Shown here: positions 50,451 through 63,832 of the stretch, piece by piece
Position numbering within the stretch: the stretch's first letter is position 1
Layout of the letters: each line of letters begins with the position of its first letter
From: Callorhinchus milii
Lineage: Eukaryota
Direction of reading: 5' to 3'
Length of the DNA stretch: 64,000 nucleotides
Assembly: GCF_018977255.1 (NCBI RefSeq)
Contig: NW_024704742.1
Span: 97,714,001-97,778,000, forward strand
Notes under the pieces: generated by a model
What the model was told of the DNA's origin: nothing
What the model saw: the letters and a program-made list of their open reading frames with translations, nothing else
Database searches by the model: none
Made by a program: the position numbers and the translations under genes

Positions 50451-53400
50451 ATCAGAAAAATAGTTGATTATGTTAAATTTGAAAAATGAAAAAAAGACCC
50501 TCATTACTGAAGCATGTTACTTGCATGTTATAAAGGTTATTCTCTATGATGGAACCCCCAAGTCAAGTTCATTTGTTACTAGGACTGCACTAGTTCTTAA
50601 AGGGTAAGCAACTCGACTGCCAAGCCCAGTCCTCTGAATTTACCTTAGGAATCGAGTTTCAACACTTTCAAAAATATAGTTTTGAAATTTTGTAGCAGAA
50701 CCTGTAGAACCTTGTGCTGTCCAAGAAAGGCAGCATTAGCCAAGGGATCTCTCTAAAGAATCTCCTGCTTCAGAGGGATCCCTTCCATCTAAATCCCATT
50801 GGGCCATGTGGGTTCAGACACTTTTAGATGTCTCCCCAAGTGGTGGGGGTGGGGGGAATATTGCTAAACGAATTTCACAGCATATGGATTACTTTCAGGA
50901 TTCTAAGTAGATAAGGAAAAGGAATTCAATGGGAGATATGAATTGGATGAAGCAATCACTGATAAGTATTTCATGCCTGAAGCATTACCCTGCAAGAATT
51001 CATAACTGTCTGAGAATGGGATTTGAGGTTACAAGGATACAATTTCAGTCTATACTCATGAGAAAATATGTTTTCAGTGTTGCTAGTGTGCACAGGGGGA
51101 AAGAAACAGGCCAAGGTTGAAAAGTGCAGATACAAGATGGATGAACTGGAATTTTATTTGATAACTGTTAGGAGATGAGGGAATATGGATGTACATAAAG
51201 ATCCAGGAAAATACAATGGGTTTGAGTTAATGAGGTAGGGTCTGTGGAAGGACTAAACTTGATGCCCTAACTGGCTTTTCCTTTTTCATGTTGGCTATAT
51301 GATCAGAGTGAAGAAATGGATTTTCAGACCTCAAAAGACTTAAAAAAAAGGAATCAGTTTTAAAACTTGATACAAGCCAATTGAAACCTTTTGGAAATTA
51401 GTAAAATGCAAGTATCAGCATTAATAATACATCAGCAGCAGCACAGATCAACAGACACACATAGCATGATGTCCAAGTGGCTTTCTCACATTACTCTCCG
51501 GCTGGCACAAAATACAAAATCCCTTGTTGCACAAACATTCATATGTTCCACAGCAGAGTTTGCCTGTAGTCAAACATGAAATATTGCCTCCAAAGGAGAA
51601 TGTACCCCACTTTCCTATGTCCAGACACACTCAGCCCATCTAGCTATGAAACGGCAGAAGCCAAGGCATTAGGTTCTATGGGAATTTAACCATTTTAAAC
51701 AATGCAACTAACTAGTGCAAGGCATTGGTAAACTTCCTTGCTCGGAACCCTTAGTGGCAGTGTGTAATGAGTCAGGAAGATTAGTTAGTCAGCAATAGCG
51801 CTTCAGCAGTACTGTAGCTACTTAGCACCAAACAGGGTGGAAAGTGGGACCAACTGATTTTGTCTAAGGAAGCCCATACATTAAAGAGACCTCAAAGAGT
51901 TAACAAGCAGTTTTAAAAAAGGCTTAAACAAGTTAATTGAAAAGTTTTGCAAATCAGTAATTAAAATGCAAATGTCAGGAATAATAACATATTATTATAG
52001 GTGTTGCAGTCTCCTCGTGGCATAATGTCTGAATGTTTTTCTCACATGAAACAACCATCAACTGAGACTAAACATACAGCATCAAACACCAACGTTACCA
52101 TGGGAAAGGCTTCCCAGACAGCTGATATTTGGCTGTCTGAGAGGAAAGGACTTCAAAGGTCTCGCTTATAGGGGTTTAGCCTCCAGCTGCAGGTACACAC
52201 AGACAGGCCTTCATTTCCGAAAAAAATAATAACTGTTTGGTAGGAAATTTCAAAGCTACAAGATTCTTTCTTACAGTTGCATAGTTTGGGGTCTAGCATC
52301 ATACTCCTTTATTCTTTTTGAGGACTCGGCATGCACAACAGTGCATCATGCCCCAAAGAAGACTGCAGCCTCCCATAAACAGCATGCCTGGCGTCCTGCA
52401 TCACGCAATTCCTGTTCCACAGGTGAACCAGACCAAACTCAGGGATCCATCACGTTTGTCAGGTTCAAAAGTGAACAGAACAAAATAACATAACATTAGC
52501 ACGTCGGGTCCATAATCACACTTAAAGGTGTTGCAACTTGTTATATGAAGCTTCATGTTCACACAAAGTGAATCTTAGCCCTTAGCCCGTCCTTGTGCAG
52601 GTGGTCGTCAAAATTCCCGCAACACTATCAGGGGGATAAGAGAAGGGAGTTTCTTCCAGTGTCCTCACTGAAAAATTCCTAGATAAGATTGTTCATTCAA
52701 TACATGGTGTTTTGGGAACATTACTAACTTGACTGCCGTGTTTGCCTACAAAATACATAGCCACTACACTTTACAGCAAATCCCGTGAAATGCTGTAAGA
52801 TATCTTTCTGACTTGAAAGGTGCTATACAAAAAAGCAAGAATTATCATTATTATTAAGTAAAACTCCTCTTGAAATATTCAGTATCTGATAGAGCCTTCT
52901 ATTGCTTTATAATTTGACTTGACTCAGAGGGCAACTGTAAAAATCACGTAGGATGCTACTCATTGGATTTTAAAAATTCTGTACATTACTTAATACATGT
53001 GGAATGGTAATATTCAGTGCTATGTGTAAGGCATGACGGTTACTAGTTAGGGGTGGCTTTTTACGAATGATGAATTGTATTAGAGTGTGAGAACATGAAC
53101 GTTGCACCATCTGGCATCACACAAGTGTCAGGGGAAATGAGGGTCAGTTACTTGGTATCAAACCACCGATGGCTTCAGAGAGGTTGGGACCAAGGTTTGC
53201 TAATTTGTTCATCAAAAACATTTAGCAACCAAGGATTCAGGACTGGGACACTGCAGTCATACCCCTCGTGGGAATCAGAAAATAAGCACTGGGGAAGGAT
53301 AAAAATTAAAGTGACATTTGTAAGTGCTGCAGTGACTTCTACTAGGATGAAGTAAATCTTTTCAATCTCTGACCTAAATGTACCAGATTACAGTCGACTC

Positions 53401-54179
53401 AACTTTCCAATTTGATTTCATTGAGAAGATGACAGACCCTGCTCTTTACACTTTTCCAGAATTACACATTGGACACAAAAATAATCAAGGATTTTACAAA
53501 AAAAACTAAATATGTTATAAGACATATTTCTACACTTTTATCATCAATGATGATGTTTTTTCCAACAAAAATATAATTTCCTCTACGTTGAAGTATTAAT
53601 TATAAAACTTGGCACACAACAAAAAAGAAATCAGCTCCCAAGCATTGTGTTCTAACAAAGGTGATGTGTGAAAATACTCTAAAGGGGGAACAGCGAGTGG
53701 GGAAAGAACTTGGTGACTACTCGGTCATACAGACCAGAAAGTCACAAGTTTGAATCTCAGTCTGTACTGGGGTCACTGATTTCAGCCAGAGCAGCAATTG
53801 AGGTACTAAAATTAGCCTCAGTGGCCTAGGTTAGGAAAAGGGAAAGAAATATCAGTCAGGGATGCTCACCTGAGGCTTATCCTGCTGAAAAGAGGGGAAA
53901 AGAAAAAAATAACTGTACTGGAGTATTCAAAATGTTAAAACATTTCCTGCGTGTAACTCAAATTATAAAATATAAAATTGGAGCTGGCTGGTACCAAATG
54001 GCATAATACCTTATAACACTGAAGGTGATAGAATAATGAGCCACAATCATGACAGATTGTGTTTGCATAGAATATGACCTTCATTAATGCACTCATTTTA
54101 TGTTGCTAGGCTTTGCCACATGTTATTGCAGTCACTAAGCAATAGGTACTCTTCTACAAGTCACGCTTGGCAACAGATT

Positions 54180-54670
54180 GTTAGAATCAAGTCAATCCTT
54201 TGTGGCAGTCATAATAGTTTGGTTCCTGTGCCAGATGAGTCCACATTACTCCAGGGCATTGCTGATGACAGACCAACCAGCCAGACTCATTGACAGGACT
54301 TAAAGGGGCAGACCAATCACTTCCCCATTCAACTCCTGTTAACCCTGCAAGTCAAACCTCCAACAGTAGGGTGGTTCCAGTTGGATAAGCACCAGGAAGC
54401 TTGCCAGACAATGCTCTTAATGGCACGCTATGCAATTTTAACTCCAGCTGTACCCAACAGACAATCTGGAGTCCCCAAGCCTTGGCTATTGCCACCCTGA
54501 GCCCAATACTCTCTTGATTAAGAAAGTACAATGCATCCTCCAAGGAAATAATGTATTTTGCATTCCAAACACAAGGGGATCTCCAAGTTTAGTGACAATA
54601 CACATGTGAAACTCTGTCTGGTTGGGATACTCTAAAGCATGGGGATGTCAGACACCAAGTTGACCAAAAT
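54180..54670 (+). repeat. Longest colinear copy of the unclassified ~570-bp repeat
   Basis: Matches both pieces at 3290-4090; ends GTCAGACACCAAGTTGACCAAAATAAA. Confidence 0.7.
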
Positions 54671-55069
54671 AAAGTCCAGTTCTAGATGACTGGGAGTTGA
54701 CTGTGGACTGATTTGTTCCTTCTTCCTGTGTCAGCATTTATGTCATGCAGAACAGTTGAGATATATGCACTGCTTGATTTGTGTCAAATAACAGTGAGTG
54801 AACTCAATGGTACCTTGTGTTACAAACAGCTACTTCACTTCTGTGTGGATTCCAGACAAAAAGGATGGATTAATGTCCTGGATGGGTTTTTGTTCAGTCT
54901 CTTGTGAGCACAAAGCTAAGCAGAAATGCTGAAAGCCTGATCAGCTGATGGTTGGGCAAGTGGGAGTGGGGAGGTAGGTACTGTATGAAACCTTGAGCAT
55001 TGAAATGAGCATTCAAATGAAGAGTAGCTATTTTAAAAATTATTAGCATTTGACATGACGATATCTCAC

Positions 55070-55173
55070 CTCTGTATCCAGCAGCATTCGTCTTCCAGTC
55101 TGGGGCATTCAGATGTCCAGAACGCGATGTCCTCACAATAATATGCTGCACGTCCCTCCAACTGAGGTTAGGG
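55070..55173 (-). CDS. PCSK5: PCSK5 exon, end of catalytic domain (PNLSWRDVQHIIVRTSRSGHLNAPDWKTNAAGYR)
   Basis: 104 nt; acceptor cttccag, donor gtgaga; phase 2 to 1. Confidence 0.95.
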
Positions 55174-56581
55174 CTGGAAGGAGAACAAGAAAAAAAAGCA
55201 TTTAGACAAGCGGAACACAATTACAAAGAGAAACAAAAAGTCTAAAGCCAAAAGTTCCACTCTGAACTTGAGTAAAATTTCTGAGTGGAATATGCAATAC
55301 AATGAGGTCCATTCGCTTCATTCACTTAAAAGAAAAAGTGCACACAGAAAAAAACTTCAGGAAACATTAATAAATAACCCCCACTTGCTCCAATTACTTC
55401 TTTTTATCTCTATTTAATTGACTGCCTTGGATACCTTAAATGTACTTGAGAAGGAAAACGACCCACAATTGGTCTCTGGAGACCACTGTTGCTGCCTATT
55501 AGTGATTAGTCACTGCCAAGTTAAATTCCCCTTAAAGGAGGCTGGGCCGCTGAATGATAAAGAAAGCTTTCCCTAATCGCACAATATATTTTTGCAATGG
55601 GCCCACAAGTTGTTAAGACATTCCACACATCTCTTGGTTTGTTGATAATAACCACTTGCATTACTGACCACCACAAAGTACCTGGAGGATCAGTTAGCTT
55701 AATGTTATTGTCCGGTGCAGATGTGAATCCACAGGCTTGTTTTTTCTTAAAAATATATAGCCTCCTCCTGTTACTGGAACATCTGAGATAGAGAACACCA
55801 AGAACTTCAAAACAACTTTATGGAGCTTTTTCCAGCTGATCCCTACAGGGTGCATTTCAGATGGTTTTAATGCTGAAGACATACTTCAGTTAATCCCCGC
55901 GGGTTCTGAGAACAGTCCTGCAAACTATCCCTCCCCGTCAATAGTAATGACTGGAAGTGTAATGTGCATCCACAAACCAGGCTAGACACACGTGTCTCAA
56001 TGCAGCCCATATGTCCAGGAAGTTAAGGTCACCTCCTGAGGTAATACCAGCTTTCTGTAAACAAGGTCAAATGGCCTTATTTTACAGAGAACAGCAGTGT
56101 ACCCTGCACTGGGACGACATTTGTCAAATTCTCACTTCAGTTTAATTTACTTGCACTGTGCTTCCAAAAAGAAGTCATTTCACATGCTAGCCTGAAATAT
56201 CTGGGCTGAAACATAGGCAACAACAACAAATTGCATTTATATAGTGCCTTTCACATCGAGAGGACGCCCCAAGCCACTGAGGTTCAGAAGAGAACAAAGA
56301 TTGGAAAACCTGTAGTTTTGCAGTAGGCTTAATTAATTCTGTCAAACAATGCCTTCAAAATATAGCTGGGTCAGTAACAGCTGAAAAGGGAATGAAGTAG
56401 CAACACCTCTCTTTGATCATTTGATACAGCACAGAAGGAGGCCATTCGGTCCATCTTTGAAAAGAGCTATCCAATTCAATCCCACTCCCCCGCGCTCTCC
56501 CCATAGCCCTACAAACTTGTTCTCCTCAAATAATTATCTACTTCTCTCTTAAAAGTTGTTTTTGAATTGGCTTCCGCCCTT

Positions 56582-56902
56582 TATAATAATAATAATAATC
56601 CTTGCATTTGATATAGCGCTTTTCACGTCGGGAGGACGTCCCAAAGCGCTTCACAGAACACACTGTAAAGTGAATTGACTGTATATTTGTGGGCGAACGC
56701 GGCAGCCAATTGCGCACAACAATGTCCCACAAACAGTCATAGATTGAAAATGACCAATTTATTATTGTTTTTGGTTTTTTGGAGGGATTATTATTAGGCG
56801 TGTGGAGTAAGGAAACTTGCCCAAGGTTTCGCCCTGCCTGGAATTGAACTCAGGTCTCTCGCTTGCAAAGCGAGTGCTCTAACCACTGAGCTGCAGGACT
56901 CC
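56582..56902 (-). mobile_element. Full-length tRNA(Ala-TGC)-derived SINE
   Basis: Anticodon arm CTCGC-TTTGCAA-GCGAG, A and B boxes, (ATT)n tail; lies next to a CR1 3' tail at about 56420-56580. Confidence 0.93.
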
Positions 56903-57202
56903 ACAGTCAATGCATTCAGGCAATGCATTCTGTTTCTTTTAACAACTATTTTATATTTTTATAAAGAACGATTTAACTTTGTGCTACCTACCATGCAGAC
57001 TCTGGGCACTCAATTCCAAAGTTCAAGCATTGCTCATTCCTAGAGCATTAGGATGGAATCATAAATATGTTTCCCTGAAATGTTCGAGATGATCCCTGAT
57101 CATTTTAGAAAAGGCGTAAAAACTGAGCTTCAATGTTGCAATCTGAAGCACAGTTAACCTCCATCACAATCTGATACATTAGTTATTCAAATTATAATGA
57201 AG

Positions 57203-58310
57203 ACAACAACAACAAAATTACATTTGTACAACGCCTTTCACATCAGGAGGATGCCCCAAGGCGCTGGACAATCAGTGTTTCGGACCTGAGCTGGAGGTAG
57301 GAATCGGGGAGGGTGGAGGGCAGGAGGGAAAGGAAGGTGATCGACGGCACATTCGAAGAAGAGGGTCTTGAGATGGATCTTGAAGGAGACAAAGAAGGGG
57401 GAAAGGTGGAGGGACTGCAGGATAGAGTTCCGGGGGGGCTGGGAGGGGTGCAGAGTCACTGAAGGCACGCCCACCAATGCCCGTCTGCAAGGCCATGGAC
57501 AACTTTGAAGGTGAGGGCCAGGATCTTGAATTGTGTCCTCTGTGTGATGAGAAGCCAGTGGAGTTGGGTGAAGATGGCGGTGATAGGGTCGCGGAGCCTG
57601 GTGTGGGAGGGAACACAGGCTGCAGAGTTCTGGATGATCTGCAACCTATGGAGGGAGGCCGACAAGCAGGGTGTTTGCATAGTCGAGCCTGGATATTATG
57701 AAGGCGTGTATAAGGGTCTTGGCGGCCTGAGGACTGAGACAGTAGTGGAGCCGAGCGATGTTGCGGAGGTGAGGAATGGCGGAGCAGGTCACGGCACGGA
57801 TGTGGTGGGGTATGAAGGACATTTGAGGGTCGAACAGGATACCGAGGTTCCTTATTGGCTCCACGAGATGTAGAGTACATCCATGGAGGGAGATGCTGTC
57901 AGCGCCCGAGGGAGGCGCTGATGGGAACCAAGGGCCTCGGACTTGTGGAGTCCTTTAGCTCAGTGGTTAGAGCACTCGCTTTGCAAGCGAGAGACCTGAG
58001 TTCAATTCCAGGCAGGGCGAAACCTTGGGCAAGTGGTTTCCTTACTCCACACGCCTAATAATAATCCTTCCAAAAAAACAAAACCATAATAAATTGGTAA
58101 TTTTCAATCCATGACTGTTTGTGGGACATTGCTGTGCGCAATTGGCTGCCGTGTTCGCCCACAAATATACAGTCAATTCACTTTACAGTATATTATGTGA
58201 AGCGCTTTGGGACGTCTAGAAGACGTGAAAAGCGCTATATCAAATGCAAGGATTATTATTATTATTATTACTTGTTGACATTCAACTGCAGGAAGTTAGC
58301 TCTCATTCCA
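57203..58310 (-). mobile_element. L2 LINE fragment interrupted by a SINE
   Basis: RNLGILFDPQMSF, AFIISRLDYAN and LHWLLITQRTQFKIL motifs; MRANFLQLNVNK continues beyond the SINE. Confidence 0.88.
57947..58270 (+). mobile_element. Full-length tRNA(Ala-TGC)-derived SINE with 6-bp TSD
   Basis: TSD ACTTGT at 57941-57946 and 58270-58275; intact A and B boxes. Confidence 0.94.
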
Positions 58311-59311
58311 GAGTCCCAAAGAGAGTCTGAAACACCACACATATTGCTCAATGCACTGCACAAATGAATCAGATCCCTGCCATTGCACAGACCACATAGA
58401 AGACCACATTGCACATACAGCACATTTAATAAATATAACAATAGGGTGAATGAAAGTGGTGAATGAAAGCAGCACATTGGTGATCTTATTCCTTCACTGA
58501 AAACTCCCGGACTTTGTCAGACTATTTGTGTCAGGAAAGGAAACAATGAAATTGATAACAGCTATACATGGTTTTACTTATGCACGGAAAGCAGGTCATC
58601 TCTCTAGTTTCTTTGCCCTCATAGCATCATTGCTCCCGCTTCCCTGAGTGAAGCATATCTTTGTTGATGCCTTGTTGATGAATAATAATCGGTCACTCAC
58701 CTCATGTTTATTTATAGGACTTTACTGAACATTACCATGTTTGTCTACAAAAAGTCACCACATTCGTCACTTGTACCAATGAAGTGCACTAAGATATTTG
58801 GATACAAAAAGGTGCTATTGATTTAGAATTTTCGAATGGGGGTGGGAGAGTGGAAGAATATAAATCTTTCACAATTATTAAGGAATCCAGGGAGCGAGTG
58901 GCACCAACTAATGATTCCTGGGCAGGGGTGGGTGGGTGGTGGTAGGGGTGTGGAAAAAGGGGGTAAAAATGGTCTCTTTGAGGCTGAAGTGCCTTCAAGA
59001 CAACAATCTTGGCAACGGATAATCAAGTCACACTCTGGCGTGATCTTAGTCCAGACCTACAGTACTCAGCAAAATTGTTGGGACAGCTCTAGCTGGCTAA
59101 TTGGTAGGGACTTGGAGGGGCTCCCATTAACTCTGCAAGCCAACCCCCTAAACAGATAGAATGGTTCTTGCTCAAAAAGTGGCAGAAATCTGACCAGTGT
59201 TCACAATGCAATTTTTGCTGGATAGACTCCAGGAGTTTGCCAGTGCCCCCTCTGGGGACCTTCATGCCTTGGCTCTTGCCAACAAGCACCTAAACTCTCC
59301 AAGATTAAGTT

Positions 59312-59345
59312 AGTGCATCCTTTCAGGGAGTGCATCCTTTCAGGG
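59312..59345. repeat. 17-bp perfect tandem duplication AGTGCATCCTTTCAGGG x2
   Basis: Read directly. Confidence 0.85.
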
Positions 59346-59359
59346 AGAGTATCCTTGCA

Positions 59360-60170
59360 AGATAGAAGCCATACTCTTTGGCTCCCGTCAACGCCTTCTC
59401 TCCTGCAGGTCTGAACTCCTCAACCTCCCCGGGCACTCCCTCAGCCTCTCCAAACTCATGCACAACTTAGGCAACAGGTTCGATCCCTAGCTTTTCTTTC
59501 TACCACACATCTGTTCCCTGACCAGGATGCTTTTTTCCACCTCCGCCACATTGTCCGCCTCTGTCCATACTTTACAACTGACGCAGCTGAAACCCTTGCC
59601 CATGCCTTTGTCACTTTCCGGCTGGACTATTCTAATGCCCTCCTTTCTGGTCTCCCCATCTCCGCCATACACAAAACCCAATTAATTCAAAACTCCTCCA
59701 CCCAGACACTCACCCATACGAAACTCTGTACTCCCACCTCACCAGTCCTTGCCAGGCTCCATTAGCTCCCAAGCACTGAACGGATTGACTTCAAAATCCT
59801 CTCACTCGTTTTCAAATCACTTAATTCCCTCGCATCTCCCTACCTATCCGACCTGCTTACCCCCCACTCAGCCACCCGCTGCCTCTGCTCGGCTGGCTCC
59901 AGCCTCCTAATTTTCCCTTGTGCCCTTCTCTCCACCATCGGTAGCTGTGCCTTCAGCCACTACACCCCGAAACTCTGAACTTTCTCCCTTAATGCCTCCG
60001 GCTTACCCCTCCCACCGCACCTTCAAATGCTACCTAAAGACCTGCCTTTTTGATCGGTCACCTCCTCACTCCCTCTCCCCTTGGGGCGTTGCCAGGCTCT
60101 GCCACTGTGAAGTGCTCCAGGACACTACCCCGCGTGAAGTGCGCTATATAAATTCAAGCTGTTTTTGTTG
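59360..60170 (+). mobile_element. Degenerate L2 LINE 3' fragment
   Basis: AETLAHAFVTFRLDYSNALL-like motif and tail GTGAAGTGCGCTATATAAAT. Confidence 0.8.
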
Positions 60171-62189
60171 AGTACGCATTCCATACAGACAAATGGAAAT
60201 GTATGTGCAGCTCTCAATCGTTTGCTTTCAAGATTATTAAGCAAAGCAATAGGTTTCTGCATGTCATAACCTGGTTGCCCAAAACGGTGAGACTTAACAT
60301 TAACTAGAACAGATTGGTCCTCAGATCCATTTCGCACACAGACTTGTTACTATTGATCCTGGCGAGTTTAATGAGGAAGCAATAGCTTTGTCTGCTAAAA
60401 AAAAGGTGGTGGACAAATCACATTGCTGTGACTTTTAAAACCATAGAAACGGTGTGCTGGGCAGTGGAATTCCAGCTGTGACCAGCTGTATTCTAAAAGG
60501 TCATTTCATACAAAAGAGCAAGACAAAGATTCACTGCCATGAGCCATGAGCTCCATGGGGAAGCCAAGAGACACCTGGAATTAAAGTCATAAAGTATTAC
60601 ATGAACTTTTATACTACCAACCCAACCGTCCCCTCCGCTCAGCAGGCACTGGTCTGCTTCACATCCCACTGGTCTCACCACTGGTGGTCAGGTTTTCAGC
60701 CTTTCTGCCCCCACCCTCTGGAATTGCACCTTAGAGTCCCTCAGCCTTGCCCTTCCCTTGCCTCCTTTAAGGTTTGTCTCCAGATCTTCACCTTTGACCA
60801 CGCCTTTGGTCATCTTCCCACCATCACTCCACCAGTTCCTACCCTCTTAAATCCAATACCCAGCTCGAGTGCAAACCAACAAATGTCCAATGCCTTGAGA
60901 CATCCTCCCAATGTCAAAGGCACCATATAAATGCAATTTGTTGTTGTTTTGTCACAGTTCAAATGTTTATCCATTCATCGGTTTCACCTTCCCTTCCCAT
61001 AGCCTGAGGCACAGTCTTATTTCTCCACCATCTCATCAGACATCAGGCTCAGAGGTGTGCCTAAAAGGGTGGCCTCGATTCCCACACAAGGACTTGGTTC
61101 ACACATCGGCAAATGCAATCCCTTTTCTTGGTCAGAGTATCACCTTCAAATACCTCCACAGACAAGCCCCATCTTCTTAATAATCTTCTGCTCTGCCAGC
61201 TCTGGGCTTTATGCACCCTGCCCCATAATCAGTGAGAAAGCGTTCAGTCACTTTGCACACCCTTCTTCACCCCCAAGGCTCTCCTCTGCAATTCTCTCCC
61301 CAAATCCCTCCACCCTTCTCCCTACTTCTTTGCTTTTAAAACACATCTGAAAACTTCTCTTTAACTATGACTTTGGTCATCTCCTGCAAAACCCCCCACC
61401 ATCTCCCACACAGCCCAGGCTCTCACTTTGTCCCTGTAAAACACTATGAGACGCTCTTCTTTGTGAAAGGCACTATATAAGTACAAATTGTTGTTGGTGT
61501 GTTGGGTGTGGGGGTAGGGGCATGGTAAGTGGTAGAGGAGGGAAAAGAGAAAGGAAAAGGTGTTCTCTTTTATTGCAAAATGCACATGCGAGTGTGTGGG
61601 CGGGTTTCACTCGTTCAAACAAATAGTGTGCTGACCCTTGCTGTGTAAACTCACACATGAAGAATGGCAACTTTGAAGAGTTGCCAGTGTCCATGGAGCA
61701 TGAATCAATGTATTAAGTGGAGGTGTAACAAATCCACACAGTGCCATGAATTCTAACACATCTGACACCAGACTGTAAAAGAGAACATCCCAAATATCAC
61801 ACGTGTAAGATTACATCGCAATTTTTTTCACTCTTCAAGGCCAGCATCAGGTTTCTTGAACTGAACGCAGTTTCTCTGCCCAAACTCAGATAAGTGTGGG
61901 GTATAGAAGCCAGACACCAACTGAGTGTGAACTGCTATCCTTTAACTGAGAGCGCTAGAGAAGACCCTAGAGGGGTGGGGGTGAACTTCTGCCAGTATTG
62001 GCAGCGAGATTTTGGAATGTGATTTGCCTATTTATAAAACACATATTGGCAAGATCAGTAACAAAAGAGCTTCATCTGCTAGAATTAGTTTCAGAGAATC
62101 AACAAGATGAGGGGGAAAAGCAATTCCGTGGGAATTAGAATCTAAATGGTATTAGTCCACAATACACTGCACAGGTCGGGGATTTAGGG

Positions 62190-63460
62190 ATACAACAACA
62201 ACAACTCACACTTATATAGCACCCTCCATGCAGGGTAGCATCTCAGAGTGTTAACAATGGCGGAGCGTGACTCCAAACCGGGGGTAGGGGGCCGTAAACA
62301 CGGTCGAACAGCAAAGTTTTCAGGTGGGACTTGAAAGAGGGGAGAGAGGGGCAAGGTGGAGGGATTGAGGGAGTGTTTCAGAGTTTTGGGCGTAGTGGTT
62401 GAAACAACAACAACAAGATTCCATTTATAGAGCACCTTTCACGTCGGGAGGACGTCCCAAGGAGCTGGACAGTTGGGTCAGGAGCCGAGCAGGGGGAAAA
62501 TGGTCAGGGTGAGGGGAGGGAAGGGAGGGAGCGAGGAGGGGGTAGAGAGTCGAGAGGGGAGCTGAAGGCACGGTCAAAGAGAAAGGTCTTGAGACCGGCC
62601 TTGAAGGAGGAAAGGGAGGAAGCAAGGCGAAGGCACTGGGGGATGGAGTTCCAGAGCCTAGGGGCTGAGAGCCCGGCCACCGATGGTAGGGCGGTTGGGG
62701 CGGGGGATGTGGAGCAGACCGGAGCCAGAGGAATGGAGGGTATGGGCAGGTAGGTAGGGCGATAGTAGGTCGGAGAGATAGGAGGGAGCAAGGCCGTGAA
62801 TGGCCTTGTAGGTGAGGATGAGGATCTTGAATTCGAGCACAACCTCCGATGGTGGGGCAGAAGAAGCGAGGTACGAGCAGGAGGCCGGTGCCAGTAAAGC
62901 AGAGGCGCTGGGTAGGGAATGGGGAGTGAGGAGGTCAGAGAGGTAGGGAGGTGCCAGAGAGTGAATGGATTTGAACATGAGAGTGAGGATCTTGAAGTTG
63001 ATCCATTCGGTGATGGGGAGCCAGTGGAGCCTGGCCAGAACTGGTGAAATGTGAGTACGGAGTTTTGTCCGGGTCAGTACACGGGCAGCAGAGTTTTGAA
63101 TGAGCTGGATCTTGTGAAACGTGCAGCTGGGGAGACCGGTGAGAAGTGCATTGGAGTAATCCAAACGGGAGGTGACAAACGCATGCACGAGGGTTTCGGC
63201 TACATTTGGGGTAAGGTATGGTCAGAGCTGGGCAATGTGGCGGAGGTGGAAGGGAGCTGGTCCTGGTCAGGGGCCAAATGTGAGGGAGGAAGGACAGTTG
63301 GGGGTCAAACCAGATGTGTAGATTGTACACTGGTTTGGTGAGTCTGAGGGAGAGGCCAGGGAGGTTGAGGAGTTTAGATCCGCAGGGGTGAAGACGTTGA
63401 CAGGAGCCAAGGAGTATGGCTTCTATCTTGTCCATATTCAGCTGCAGGCCTTGATATCTG
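62190..63460 (-). mobile_element. Older L2 fragment with a nested young L2 3' end (about 62404-62836)
   Basis: HAFVTSRLDYSNALL and LHWLPITEWINFKIL motifs; two 3' tails, at about 62190 and 62404. Confidence 0.88.
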
Positions 63461-63832
63461 CCAGACTGCCTGCCAGAGTAAGACTGGATAAAGGAACCTG
63501 GGGCCTTTGGTGGATAGATTGCTGATCCGATCAGCACTATGAAGGGAGACATATTAGATTTTGGGGCATATCCCAGCTAACGCACAAATCACAGAACAAA
63601 ATCCTAAAGGCCTTCTTCTTCGACCATGCCAACGGTCACATTCCCTCCTCTCCCCAGCTCAATGTCAACCTCCGCTTGAGCTAAGTGCTCCAAGATGCTA
63701 ACCATGCATAAAGGGCGCTATGTAATACAAGTTGTTGGTGGTGAACTTGTACAGAGGCCTATTCCAGTCCTATCTGGACTTGGGCTATGTGCAAGTTTCC
63801 ATAATGCCCGAGGGCACTAACATCTAGGCTGT

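Larger units (their letters stand above)
15518..55173 (-). other. PCSK5: PCSK5 gene span (3' part, 12 coding exons, PC5A-type end); 5' exons lie beyond position 64000
   Basis: Manually spliced exons give one open frame, from PNLSWRDVQHIIVRTS to ATEESWAEGSFCVLVKKNSLCQRKVLQQLCCRTCSLKG*. It closely matches recalled vertebrate PC5A, and the C-terminus is PC5A-like rather than PACE4-like. Confidence 0.96.

Noticed and set aside
15518..55173. Assignment to PCSK6 (PACE4) or furin
   Set aside because: The sequences LFDHSMEGFK, SQLRNFKTPGKLKE and ATEESWAEG...QRKVLQQLCC are PC5-type.
57947..58020. Possible tRNA-Ala(TGC) gene (also 56830-56902, 37817-37890, 4297-4369)
   Set aside because: The acceptor stem does not close, and the sequence runs into a ~250-bp repeated body with tail and TSD. 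It is a SINE head.
61825..61870. Possible catalytic-Ser exon of PCSK5
   Set aside because: There is no GTSAS motif or matching splice phase; that exon must lie beyond the window.
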